Source of the DNA: an uncultured Nitrososphaerota archaeon
Lineage (GTDB): Archaea > Thermoproteota > Nitrososphaeria > Nitrososphaerales > Gagatemarchaeaceae
Direction: 5' to 3'
DNA length: 64,000 bases
Assembly (NCBI GenBank): GCA_963718895.1
Contig: CAVRAG010000004.1
Coordinates: 224,001 to 288,000 of the forward strand
How positions within the stretch are numbered: the first letter of the stretch is position 1; every line of letters starts with the position of its first letter. The translations under genes and the position numbers were made by a program. Of this stretch, positions 49,836 through 58,511 are shown in pieces. Under the pieces are notes generated by a model. That model ran no database searches. It saw nothing but the letters and a program-made list of their open reading frames with translations, and was not told where the DNA came from.

Positions 49836-50436
49836 CTACTTTCTGAATAGCCGGAACCGAACGAGCGCGTAGACGTAGACGGGTAGCGTGAACGCGACCG
49901 CGCTGACCCCGATGGCTCGAAAGGCGGCGAAGTAGAAGCCGGCGGCGTCCAAGAGGGGCGCTATGCCGACGACCCACATTGAAAGGGGCAATGAGGCCTT
50001 TGGCATAGAAGAAGACGCCGAACAGCGCCCCTGTGGCAAGGAGCACGGTCGCGCAGGCGACCAGCGAGTACAGGGTCCTCTTCCGCACCGCGAGAGCAGA
50101 CGCGATGAACTTCATGATCTGGTACGAGATTATCGGAGAGGAAATCAGCAGGGCCAGCATCACCGAGGCCGTCACGTAAATCTCGGTCGGCACCCCCGGG
50201 CTCCCAGCGATAAGGGTCCAACCGGCCGGCAGGACCTCGCTCTTTATGCCCGAGACGAATAGTGAGACGAGTGGGGAATAGGAGCCGCCTGAAGTCAGCA
50301 TCAGCACAGGGTTGGGTATCAAGAGGAGCGCCGCGAGGATCGCCGAGAATGCAAGGAAGGGCGCCCTGAATGTACTGAACGAGCCGATCTGTTCAGCGAC
50401 CCAAGGTCGCGAGTTCATGTGTCTTGGAGCCACCAT
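49836..50436 (-). CDS. Truncated TatC-like membrane protein (frameshift near 49980)
   Basis: LIAGSPGVPTEIYVTAS..SSPIISYQIMKFI..GALFG resembles the TatC TM1-3 region; C-terminus in ORF 49836..50039. Confidence 0.55.
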
Positions 50437-50480
50437 CTGTGATTGATAGTTATGTCCGAATCAGATGGGTTCGTCGTCGG

Positions 50481-50921
50481 TCATGCCCCCATAGGTTGGA
50501 AGGGTGGCGAGCACCCGAACGTCACCATGAACTCGACCGAGGGAGGAAGCGCGATGTTGTACTCAGTCCCCCAGCACCAGAGGTATTCCGTGACCGATTG
50601 TAGCTGAGTGACGCCGGAGCAGCCGGCGCCACTGCCGTTGCAGATGGAGCCACTGTCCTGACCGTTCGGGAGCGTTCCCGTTCGCACGTCGGGGCCGAAG
50701 AACACCAGGAAAATCCCGATGATTATGCAGGCCGCGATGATCTTGCTTCTCCTCCATGGCTTCATCTTCCTGGTGACGAAGTCAAGACTGAACATGAGAC
50801 CGCTCAGAAGAAAGAGCATTACAGAGGTGAACCCGGTATTGAAGTAGCCGAAAACTGCGGAGACAAAGAGAATCGAGGCAGCAACGAACAGTGCCGAGCC
50901 GACCTTCACAGCTAGGCCCAT
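50481..50921 (-). CDS. Three-TM protein with C-terminal Cys loop (distant variable-loop family)
   Basis: TM-P-loop(CNGSGAGC)-SVTEYLWCWG; motif at 50995. Confidence 0.55.
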   Translation of the reverse strand: MGLAVKVGSALFVAASILFVSAVFGYFNTGFTSVMLFLLSGLMFSLDFVTRKMKPWRRSKIIAACIIIGIFLVFFGPDVRTGTLPNGQDSGSICNGSGAGCSGVTQLQSVTEYLWCWGTEYNIALPPSVEFMVTFGCSPPFQPMGA

Positions 50922-51063
50922 GAATCCCGCCCAACGACGGTCTTGGAGCTCTGGGGCATGTCAGACCAATTCGCAGCCCGCGACAGCAATTCCCGATTAA
51001 TAGTTATGTCCGAACGACGTTCGATACCGCTTGTTTTTATCTCGGGGACTATCCTAACCGTTC

Positions 51064-51651
51064 ATGGGGGCTCCGCTTCCCGCTACGGCCCACAGGGTCA
51101 AGGTCGCGCTCACCAGTCTGTCCGCCCCGTTCCTCGTCCTGTTCCTCGTACCCGTCAACCTCCAATCGGTCCTCTTCGGTGGGGCGAGCGATGTGCCTCT
51201 GGCCTCGCTCTTCACGACGTGGGTCTGGAGTCAGTTGCTGCCACCGGGATGGGTTCTGACTAGTCCGGGCGGGCTCGGCGAACCTGCCGTGATCTTCGCT
51301 GAGGCTTCCCTGGCGCTCACTCTAATCATAGGGTACCCCCTCATCGCCTTCCTGCTCTTCGAGAGAATCGTCCGGTACGGAGGCGGTCGACGCCGGAGGA
51401 CGGTTTACACGCTGACATCGCTAGCCTCGGCCGCGTTCTTTGTCGGCGTGCTGTTCGGCGCCTTCTTCATGGCAAAGTTCTACATCGCCTCGCTCCCTCC
51501 GTACTTTGGGGCTGCTGCGGTGTTCGACTCTGGGGGCTTCTACCTGGCCGGGCTGGGCGTCGTATGCATCCTCGCTCTCGTCTCGACCCTACCGTTCGTC
51601 CTGTTGGGGGTCGCGCGGTTCCGGAGTTCCACGCTGTTGCGAATCCCCTGA
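51064..51651 (+). CDS. Truncated TatC-like membrane protein, paralog of 49836..50436
   Basis: LLPPGWVL..EP..IFAEASLAL..YPLI..RRTVY..FDSGGFY shared with the paralog. Confidence 0.55.
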   Translation: MGAPLPATAHRVKVALTSLSAPFLVLFLVPVNLQSVLFGGASDVPLASLFTTWVWSQLLPPGWVLTSPGGLGEPAVIFAEASLALTLIIGYPLIAFLLFERIVRYGGGRRRRTVYTLTSLASAAFFVGVLFGAFFMAKFYIASLPPYFGAAAVFDSGGFYLAGLGVVCILALVSTLPFVLLGVARFRSSTLLRIP

Positions 51652-51806
51652 TTTGTTAGATTCGTGCCGCTACCGCCGTCATGATAATTTTCTCTAGGTG
51701 AAGGATCAAGGGCGGCGCTTGGTGACCGGCCCGCCGTAGTCCTCCAGCCCGTTCGGACAAAGGTGTATTACAAAGTGCATCCGGCTGCAGACGAAAGGCG
51801 ATCGGC

Positions 51807-52100
51807 TTGAAGCGATGGGTGATTCTTAGTCTAGGCCTGGTGGCTGTGTTGCTCGTCGTGGTCCTCTTCCTGCTTCCGGTTGTGTCGATCGGTGTGGAAG
51901 CAGCCACAGGTACACCAAACTCTTCCGTCGAACGCGTGACCTCAGCTTCGGCCTCGATGATGTACGCCTACTTCGGCGTGGGAGTAGTGCAGGTACCGCA
52001 CCCGTATGACAGTGGTCATACATACTGCTTCATGTACGGGAACCCCGGTACGATGTGCGGCTTCGCCATGCAGCGGATGAACCAGATGATGGCTCCGTGA
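51807..52100 (+). CDS. Small variable-loop membrane protein, family member 5
   Basis: SASMMYAYFGVGVVQV..GHTYCFMYGNPGTMCG; motif at 51751. Confidence 0.7.
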   Translation: MKRWVILSLGLVAVLLVVVLFLLPVVSIGVEAATGTPNSSVERVTSASASMMYAYFGVGVVQVPHPYDSGHTYCFMYGNPGTMCGFAMQRMNQMMAP

Positions 52101-53272
52101 GTTCTCCGGAAGCCGAGAACATTCCTGACTCTGACGGGTGGACCTATTCGGCTCTGATCCTCCTCCTCACGATTCCCCTTTCGGCGGTTGTGTCGAATGC
52201 GTTTCCTCTGAGCGGTGTCATCGCATCGGTGACCGGAGCCAACAGCTATGACCTCGGTCCGTACTTCGTCCTCTGGCAGCTGGCCTTCACCGTCGTGATG
52301 CTCTACGTCTTCTACAAAGTCGGTGAGAGGGTGGACTTCCCCGGGACATACCGCCGCCTTGCGTTTATGGCGTTCGTTGGGGCGCTCATCGGGAACCTCC
52401 CGGGCTTGTACGTCTACAACTTCAACGTCTACAACAACGGCCCCTTCATTGGATTCGGTCAGGAGTGGGGCTACGGCTTCGGCTATGTCACGAGCTTCGG
52501 TATCGCGGAGCCGAGCTCCCTGATCGACCTCCTCACCGCTGCTGTCGCCTCGTTCATGATCCCGCTGGCAGGCCTGGCGCTCGCCCACTTCAGGTTGCAG
52601 TTCCTCTCTCCGGCCGGCGATGTGAGCCCCGGCGAAGGCCCGAAGAAGACCCGGGGTCCTCTCTCGCCTTTCGTCGTAACCTTCCTTGTGGTCGTGGCTT
52701 TCCTGCCGGTCACTCGAATTGCATCCAGCCTCTTCGCGACCGCACCGCCCCCTACTTTCCCCTATCGGTTCACCATCCAGCAGCTCATCCCCGGGTACGC
52801 AGGCTTCCTGGTCTATCCCTTCCTTCTGCTAGTAGCTTTCTACGCGATGGGGGCCACGCTGGACATGGGCCTGTGGGGCGCCCGGAGCTTCAGGAGGTTC
52901 GCGCTCTCCGTGTTTGAGGGTGCGGTGGCGGGGCTGTTCGTCATCGATGTGATTGATGGGTGGATCGAGAGTTCTTCGTTGGCTGTTGTTCTGAGCCCAT
53001 ACAATCTGGCAAGGTTGGGCGCGTTTCTCCTCTCCGGCGGCGTCATGGTGGTCATCCTGGCTTTCGCCGCCCTATCCCTCGGGTACGTTGCGAGGAACAG
53101 ACCCCATCTTACTGCTGCTGAGGGACTTCCAAACTCTTGCCTAGACCGTGAAGTAGGCGAACGCAGAGTGCCCCCATTCGTCCTCCGCCAGCACCGTGTA
53201 CGTCCCCTTCGGGAGGGTCGTGAAGGCCCCTCCCTGGCTCCAATACCCGGTGACCGCCCCCCACGAAGATGA
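52097..53272 (+). CDS. Polytopic membrane protein with internal duplication (3' end uncertain)
   Basis: About 8 TM helices; VFYKVG and AFYAMG halves. Confidence 0.6.
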   Translation: MSSPEAENIPDSDGWTYSALILLLTIPLSAVVSNAFPLSGVIASVTGANSYDLGPYFVLWQLAFTVVMLYVFYKVGERVDFPGTYRRLAFMAFVGALIGNLPGLYVYNFNVYNNGPFIGFGQEWGYGFGYVTSFGIAEPSSLIDLLTAAVASFMIPLAGLALAHFRLQFLSPAGDVSPGEGPKKTRGPLSPFVVTFLVVVAFLPVTRIASSLFATAPPPTFPYRFTIQQLIPGYAGFLVYPFLLLVAFYAMGATLDMGLWGARSFRRFALSVFEGAVAGLFVIDVIDGWIESSSLAVVLSPYNLARLGAFLLSGGVMVVILAFAALSLGYVARNRPHLTAAEGLPNSCLDREVGERRVPPFVLRQHRVRPLREGREGPSLAPIPGDRPPRR

Positions 53273-53988
53273 TGTCCGTCCGGTCGACGCGCTCCCCGAC
53301 ATGCACGTCTGCTGGTTGCAGCCGTACGAGTCAGCCATGTGGCTCAGGGGCTGGAAGGCGAACCCTGTCGGGTTTCCGTACCCCAGATACAGCGGGCAGC
53401 TATAGGTGACTCCCGGGTTGACAAGATCCAGGAACTTGGCCGCGGTGACGTTCGAAGAGGTGTAGTGCCCCTCGGCTATTGCGAAGCCGACTGTGAAGTC
53501 ATTCACCCAGCAGGGGGCGCCGTCCAGGTAACTGAGCGCAACGGGCCAGTCGTTCGCGGCCGTGACGTTGTTCGTTGAAGCGAGTGTGTTGTAGACGTCG
53601 GCCATGATGCTCACGGCAGCGCCGCTCGCGTTGACGGCCAGCTGCAGCTTGAGGGCATTCGCGGAGCCGCTCAGGCTGGTTGTGGTCGCAGTCTGCGTGC
53701 TCGTCGCAGTGGTGCAGGATACAACTGGACCGCCGACTCGGGCTGGATGACCGCGCTGAGTAGGAGGCCACCCGCGACCGGGGAGTAGAACACGTTGGAA
53801 GGGGAAATCGTAGTCGTGGTTACGTCGGTCACAGTTGTGGTGGACGTCGTCGTTGCGGTTGCGGTCGTACTAATGGTAGTGGTCTTAGCTCCTCCGATTG
53901 CCACGAAGAGGCTCGCAGATATCAGCACCCCCGCTATCACTATCGCCGCAGCGATCACCACGTAGCTCGGGTTGGCCTGGCCGCTCAT
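53141..53988 (-). CDS. Surface protein (DEWG-domain family), frameshifted near 53720
   Basis: TM and Thr tract in ORF 53671..54006; domain ending YTVLAEDEWGHSAFAYFTV in ORF 53141..53614. Confidence 0.6.
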
Positions 53989-54002
53989 GGGAGCCGGACC
54001 GC

Positions 54003-54248
54003 TCAAACGAACCTCACCAGCGGCCCGTTCGGCTCGGAGACGACGACGACTCCGTGATGGACCAGCGCGTAGGAAATCGAGCCGTGCAGGGGATACAGAA
54101 GTTCAAACGGGCAGAAGCACTGAGGACAGGAGACTCCGCAGGGGGTGGACTGGCCCATCGGGAATATCGGGACGAGGAGTACAAAGAGAAAGACTGCGAC
54201 GGCGGCTATGGTGATTGCAATCGGACCGACCGCTCTCCGATGATGCAC
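54003..54248 (-). CDS. Small membrane protein with Cys-rich loop (distant variable-loop family)
   Basis: HRRAVG plus TM plus PIFP-CGVSCPQCFC-SISYALVHHG; motif at 54277. Confidence 0.55.
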   Translation of the reverse strand: MHHRRAVGPIAITIAAVAVFLFVLLVPIFPMGQSTPCGVSCPQCFCPFELLYPLHGSISYALVHHGVVVVSEPNGPLVRFV

Positions 54249-54317
54249 GGCAACTCGGCTGGTTAGAGTGCGATTGGTGATTAATAGTTTTGTCCGAACG
54301 CCGAAGAGGAAAGATTG

Positions 54318-54459
54318 ATTGTTTCCCCAGCTTTTGGGGGCGAACCACGCCGGGGCGCCGGGGCCCTCTCCCTCCGTCCGAGCTGGGTCTTGTTCTAGAT
54401 GCGGAAGAGACCTGAAGCCATGCAAAGGGGTCATTGCGCCTCCGCCGGTGCACTTCATC
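54318..54459 (+). repeat. Array repeat copy G
   Basis: Matches 39465-39600. Confidence 0.85.
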
Positions 54460-54497
54460 AGCGCGTTGTTCTACGCTCAGCGGCGGCCAATCAGCCT

Positions 54498-54722
54498 CTA
54501 GAGCAAATCGATGAATTGTTCCGTGGTGAGTCCTGAATCCTTGATGATTGCTCTGAGCGTACCCTTTGCGATTTCTTTGTGGTTTGGGATGGTTAGACGG
54601 CGATGAGGCGCTTCCTTGTGCCTCAGAATCATGTGGCTCCCGGTCTGATGGTCGAGTGAATATCCGGCCTTCGAGAGGGCCTTCACGACTTCCCTTCCTG
54701 AGACTACGGGAAGCTTAGGCAC
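54498..54722 (-). CDS. hicA: HicA toxin
   Basis: SGREVVKAL..GSHMIL..IPNHKEIAKGTLRAII. Confidence 0.92.
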   Translation of the reverse strand: MPKLPVVSGREVVKALSKAGYSLDHQTGSHMILRHKEAPHRRLTIPNHKEIAKGTLRAIIKDSGLTTEQFIDLL

Positions 54723-54927
54723 TGACCTCTACCACTTCCTCGTCTATTGAGGGTGGTATGGGCTCGCGGTGCTTCTTCAGACTTGCGAGATAACCGTTGA
54801 TGGCGTCCTTGATGTTCGCCAGCGCGTCGGCCCTCGTCGCTCCCTGAGAAACGCACCCCGGTAACGACGGACACCTGGCTACGAAGACTCCGTCCTCGTC
54901 CTGTTCGATGGTTACCCGGTACTTCAT
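54715..54927 (-). CDS. hicB: HicB antitoxin
   Basis: IEQDEDGVFVARCPSLPGCVSQGAT..ALANIKDAI. Confidence 0.92.
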   Translation of the reverse strand: MKYRVTIEQDEDGVFVARCPSLPGCVSQGATRADALANIKDAINGYLASLKKHREPIPPSIDEEVVEVSA

Positions 54928-55004
54928 GTTCTAGAATTCCAGACTGGCGGGTTAAAATCCTTTGGTCTGCTGGTGCACTTCTCACTGTGATGCGCGTGAG
55001 AGCA

Positions 55005-55123
55005 GTTCATCCTGACTTCGTCGGGCACTTCATCCAGGTAAATCAGCTATGGCAGGAGGGCCGAGGTGGGTACTCCAATTGCTCTCCGGCTTTTACGTGC
55101 GAACCCCGCCGCGCCCCGATGCC
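55005..55123 (+). repeat. Array repeat copy H
   Basis: CATCCAGG..GGTGGGTACTCCAATTGCTCTCCGGCTTTTACGTGCGAACC. Confidence 0.85.
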
Positions 55124-55134
55124 GATGTACATTA

Positions 55135-55395
55135 TCACCGCAAAAGCTGGCTCAGGTCGAGGATCTCGACTGCCACCGCTTGATCGCCGTGGTCTTCGTA
55201 GAAGAAGACTGCCAATCCGTCCTTTGATGGCTCCCCGACCGGCTTCTCCACGTGTCTGAACCTGAGGTACAGGTCGTCGTGTTCGCCGTAATCCACGGCC
55301 AGAACGGTCCTGGGGAGCTTCACCTTGTATCTCTGCTCCAGCTTCGACAGTATCTTCCTCAGGTCCAAGTCCAAGATTGTCGTTCTGCTCGTCAT
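55135..55395 (-). CDS. DUF2283-like putative antitoxin
   Basis: DYGEHDDLYLRF...AVEILD. Confidence 0.65.
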   Translation of the reverse strand: MTSRTTILDLDLRKILSKLEQRYKVKLPRTVLAVDYGEHDDLYLRFRHVEKPVGEPSKDGLAVFFYEDHGDQAVAVEILDLSQLLR

Positions 55396-55700
55396 TGTGC
55401 CCAGTACCTCCTGTTCTTCCTCTTCTCGTTGATTATGAATGCCGTCTTAATTAAGCCTCTATCTGCTTCTGCGACTCTGTAGATCACGACGAGGAAATGG
55501 CTCTTGTCGATGCGCTTCAAAGCGTGGCACCCGCCGCGCTCGTCTTTGTGCAGCTCATCAGGGTCGGATACCGCCTGCATCAATACGCTCGGGTCGGTCC
55601 CCACCTCCGGGTGCCTGAATCGCACGTGGAGCCAGTCGTCTCTCGTCAGAGTGATCTTCTTCCCGTCTGGGGTTGTTGCGACCGCGGGAAGGCCTTCCAA
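55392..55700 (-). CDS. RelE/ParE-superfamily (BECR-like) putative RNase toxin
   Basis: ITLTRDDWLHVRFRHPE..SDPD..LVVIY..LIKTAF; ATGA overlap with the downstream gene. Confidence 0.65.
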   Translation of the reverse strand: MEGLPAVATTPDGKKITLTRDDWLHVRFRHPEVGTDPSVLMQAVSDPDELHKDERGGCHALKRIDKSHFLVVIYRVAEADRGLIKTAFIINEKRKNRRYWAQ

Positions 55701-55768
55701 GTCTGGTCTTCTGCGATTCCAATGCCGGGTGCGGCTATAAGCGCCTTGTGTCTTCCGGGGTTACTTTC

Positions 55769-55812
55769 TGATTGAGAGTTTTTTCCGAACCGCGTCAGGT
55801 CCCGAGGCCCTC
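55769..55812. repeat. Chimeric site: promoter motif joined to the array repeat tail at CGAAC (copy I)
   Basis: TGATTGAGAGTTTTTTCCGAAC (19/22 match to 54278-54299) followed by CGCGTCAGGTCCCGAGGCCCTC. Confidence 0.75.
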
Positions 55813-55900
55813 TTCAGCGGTAGCAAGCGCGACAAGCATGGGATCGAAAGGGTTGCGAGGACCATGGTCCAAGTGCGGCTTCTCCAGCGAAGGGGCCCCG

Positions 55901-56479
55901 CTAGGAGATCGTGGCACTCCCAGACCAGCCGCCGCCACAAGCAGTGATTACCTGGATTCCGTTGATGGCATCATTCACGCTTCCCCCAAAACCGGGAGCG
56001 ATGCCGGAGCGGGACCCGTTCACCGCGCCTGAAGGAAGGTTCAGCTCGACCGTAGCCGTACCGCCTCCGCAGATGGGGCCACTGAACTGATAGATGTGTC
56101 CCTCGTACGGGACGTTGAACGTGAAGGACCACCCGGCGAGGTCAGAAGATGGCACCGAGACGTAGCCGGTCGAGTTCGTCACGAAATCCCAGTTGCCGAG
56201 TATGGTACTCGTGGGTTTGGACGGTGTATTCTCCGAGGTACCTATCGGACAGAGCTCGTACAGCCAGCCCTTGACGCCCAGACCGCTCACCGGGTAGGCG
56301 GGCGTTGTCGTTACGATGTGGACGTACAGATTATCCCCCGGAGTGAACACACATTCGATGCTCGGTCTGGAGTAGGTCGAGTAGATGGAATAGCTCGCGC
56401 CCGCTACGACCAGAACCAGGACAAGGACGAGGGCGAGCATGACCCGTCGAGAAGGCCGTTTCTTCTGTGGCGCTTCCAT
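55901..56479 (-). CDS. Membrane-anchored extracellular protein
   Basis: Basic N-terminus, TM helix, four Cys; motif at 56503. Confidence 0.6.
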   Translation of the reverse strand: MEAPQKKRPSRRVMLALVLVLVLVVAGASYSIYSTYSRPSIECVFTPGDNLYVHIVTTTPAYPVSGLGVKGWLYELCPIGTSENTPSKPTSTILGNWDFVTNSTGYVSVPSSDLAGWSFTFNVPYEGHIYQFSGPICGGGTATVELNLPSGAVNGSRSGIAPGFGGSVNDAINGIQVITACGGGWSGSATIS

Positions 56480-56609
56480 GTCTCGCGCGCCCACTGATGA
56501 GAAGATTTACGCTTTTGTCCGAACGGTTCTACTAAGTCTTCGTCATTCGAGGCCTGACTTTAGGGCCGTTAACTGTGGTCAGTTATCGGGTCGTTACTCG
56601 AATCATCAA

Positions 56610-57053
56610 TCAGGGAGGGACTATTATTGTGATTGGGGTATTGGGATAGGACACTGCGGCGTTGGATATGGTTACGGCTGCGAACGTGACCGAATACACC
56701 CCCGGCGGGATTGACTGTAGGTCCATCAGGAACACAGGTAAGGTCTGATTGAACCCCATCGTCGTCGTACCGTCGGCCACATAGATCGCGGTGTCTCCCT
56801 TGAAGGTAGCAAAGACCACGACGGTCAAGGGAGGCTCAGGCTCCTCGCTCGTGACGTTGACTCTGATTCCTGAATAATACCCCAGAGTGACATATTGGGC
56901 GCTATTCGAGTTGAAGCAGACTCCACAGAGAGTTATGATGTGCTGAGTGCTACCGGATACTGCAGGACCACTTGCCAAGGCGGGAATCAGCGCCGCTGCT
57001 ATCACAATCGCTGCCGCGATGACGCGATAGCTTCGAACCGGCCGAGAGCTCAA
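56610..57053 (-). CDS. Secreted or membrane-anchored protein
   Basis: Signal-like helix, Ig-like PPGVYSVTF. Confidence 0.55.
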   Translation of the reverse strand: MSSRPVRSYRVIAAAIVIAAALIPALASGPAVSGSTQHIITLCGVCFNSNSAQYVTLGYYSGIRVNVTSEEPEPPLTVVVFATFKGDTAIYVADGTTTMGFNQTLPVFLMDLQSIPPGVYSVTFAAVTISNAAVSYPNTPITIIVPP

Positions 57054-57157
57054 ACCGAAGCGCCTTGAGACGTCGCGCCCGACTTCGTGATTAATAGCTA
57101 TGCCTCAGTGATTGGAATCCAGAACATTCGTGGCGGCTTCTGGCAAAGGGAGGAGCG

Positions 57158-57409
57158 TCAATCGGTCACTGGTATTGGCGGGTTACATGTCATGTAGATG
57201 GACCCCTTCCAGAGGGAATCACCGAATCCAAGAGTAGCGCAACTGACCGAACTATAGATAGCATTTGAGGCACCGTTGCCCTTTGTGCTTGTAATGCAAC
57301 TACCGCCGCACGATTGACCAGTTTTCACCACTGGAGCGAGGGAGAAGACAAGTAGGGATACACCCACAATCCCGACGACCAAAACAACGGCTTTTGACTG
57401 GCGCTTCAT
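57158..57409 (-). CDS. Small membrane protein, distant variable-loop family member
   Basis: MKR+TM+PVV-CGGSC loop-SVSCATLGFG; motif at 57436. Confidence 0.55.
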   Translation of the reverse strand: MKRQSKAVVLVVGIVGVSLLVFSLAPVVKTGQSCGGSCITSTKGNGASNAIYSSVSCATLGFGDSLWKGSIYMTCNPPIPVTD

Positions 57410-57501
57410 GCCAAGAACCTCAGCCACCGGATTCTTGACTAATAGTCTTGTCCGAACTGGATTGGGTTTGAAGCATCTGGAGCTCATTGGGCCTAAACGC
57501 G

Positions 57502-58359
57502 TCAATTGACGCTAACGTAGAAGGTGATGAAGTCCGAGCCAGCATTCCATTCGATGCCGGCAGAAGGATCGGTCTGCTCTGTGAACCACACGCCCTTCGG
57601 CGGTTGGGTGTAAGCGATGTAGGCGAACCCGGTGAAATTCGTGTCCAGTGTCACCGTAAAGGGATTCCAGTATTCAACAGCCCGCGTCCCAGACGTGACG
57701 GCGATCTCGGGGAGCCCTATCAAGAATTGGTGCGTGTCATTTGAGTTCGGCAGTGGATAATGGGTCACGTTGGTTACGTTGTATTCCGTTATCGTTCCTG
57801 AATAATTCTGTCCCAGATTTGGGGATATCGCAGTGAAATTGACCCCTTCGAATACGATGGATCTGGCGTCGAACACGCTCTGCAGAGGCACGCTCAGGTG
57901 TCTGTATTCTACACCCTTGATGGTGACCGTATCAGACGAGATTTCGTGGGTTAGAGCCCCAATCTGCTCCTGCTGGTAGACGGCCACAGAACCGAGCACG
58001 ATCAGGACCACTAGCAGGCCGGCAAGCATGGCCTTCTGGTGCGACAGGTGGAGGGCGGGCCTCGCACTCGGGTGCCCCTCGTCCTGCTTTCTGCCTGCAT
58101 CGATTATCCGGAGAGCCTCCTTCCCTTCGTCAGTGACCGTGTACAGACCCTGGCCATTCAGCTTGACCAGCCCCGACAGCCTGCCCAGGTGGAACGAGAG
58201 GAGCCCGTTGCTCTCGAGCCCTACCGCGTGCTTGAGCTCCGAGAAGGGGAGCGGCCTTTCGCTTACAGCCTGAAGTATCCTGATTCTTGTGGGATGCCCG
58301 AGGGCCTCGAACACCTCAGCCCTCGATGAGTTGAACGATTCGTCGCCATTCCCTGACAC
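57502..58359 (-). CDS. ArsR-wHTH with TM helix and extracellular domain (membrane-tethered one-component regulator)
   Basis: EVFEALGHPTRIRIL..FSELK..LSFHL..YTVTDEG, single TM, beta-rich outer domain. Confidence 0.8.
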   Translation of the reverse strand: MSGNGDESFNSSRAEVFEALGHPTRIRILQAVSERPLPFSELKHAVGLESNGLLSFHLGRLSGLVKLNGQGLYTVTDEGKEALRIIDAGRKQDEGHPSARPALHLSHQKAMLAGLLVVLIVLGSVAVYQQEQIGALTHEISSDTVTIKGVEYRHLSVPLQSVFDARSIVFEGVNFTAISPNLGQNYSGTITEYNVTNVTHYPLPNSNDTHQFLIGLPEIAVTSGTRAVEYWNPFTVTLDTNFTGFAYIAYTQPPKGVWFTEQTDPSAGIEWNAGSDFITFYVSVN

Positions 58360-58511
58360 TTTGGCATGCGCTCCCGTAGCAGCAATGGGTGTGTCGTGAT
58401 TTAATGCCTCGTTCGTTGACCTGCCGAATCTTCCGATTATTGCAGGACAACGTTTCTTGACCCTCGTCTGGACTGGATGTTCTGTTGTGGTCGACTCTCC
58501 GGTTCGCCCAG

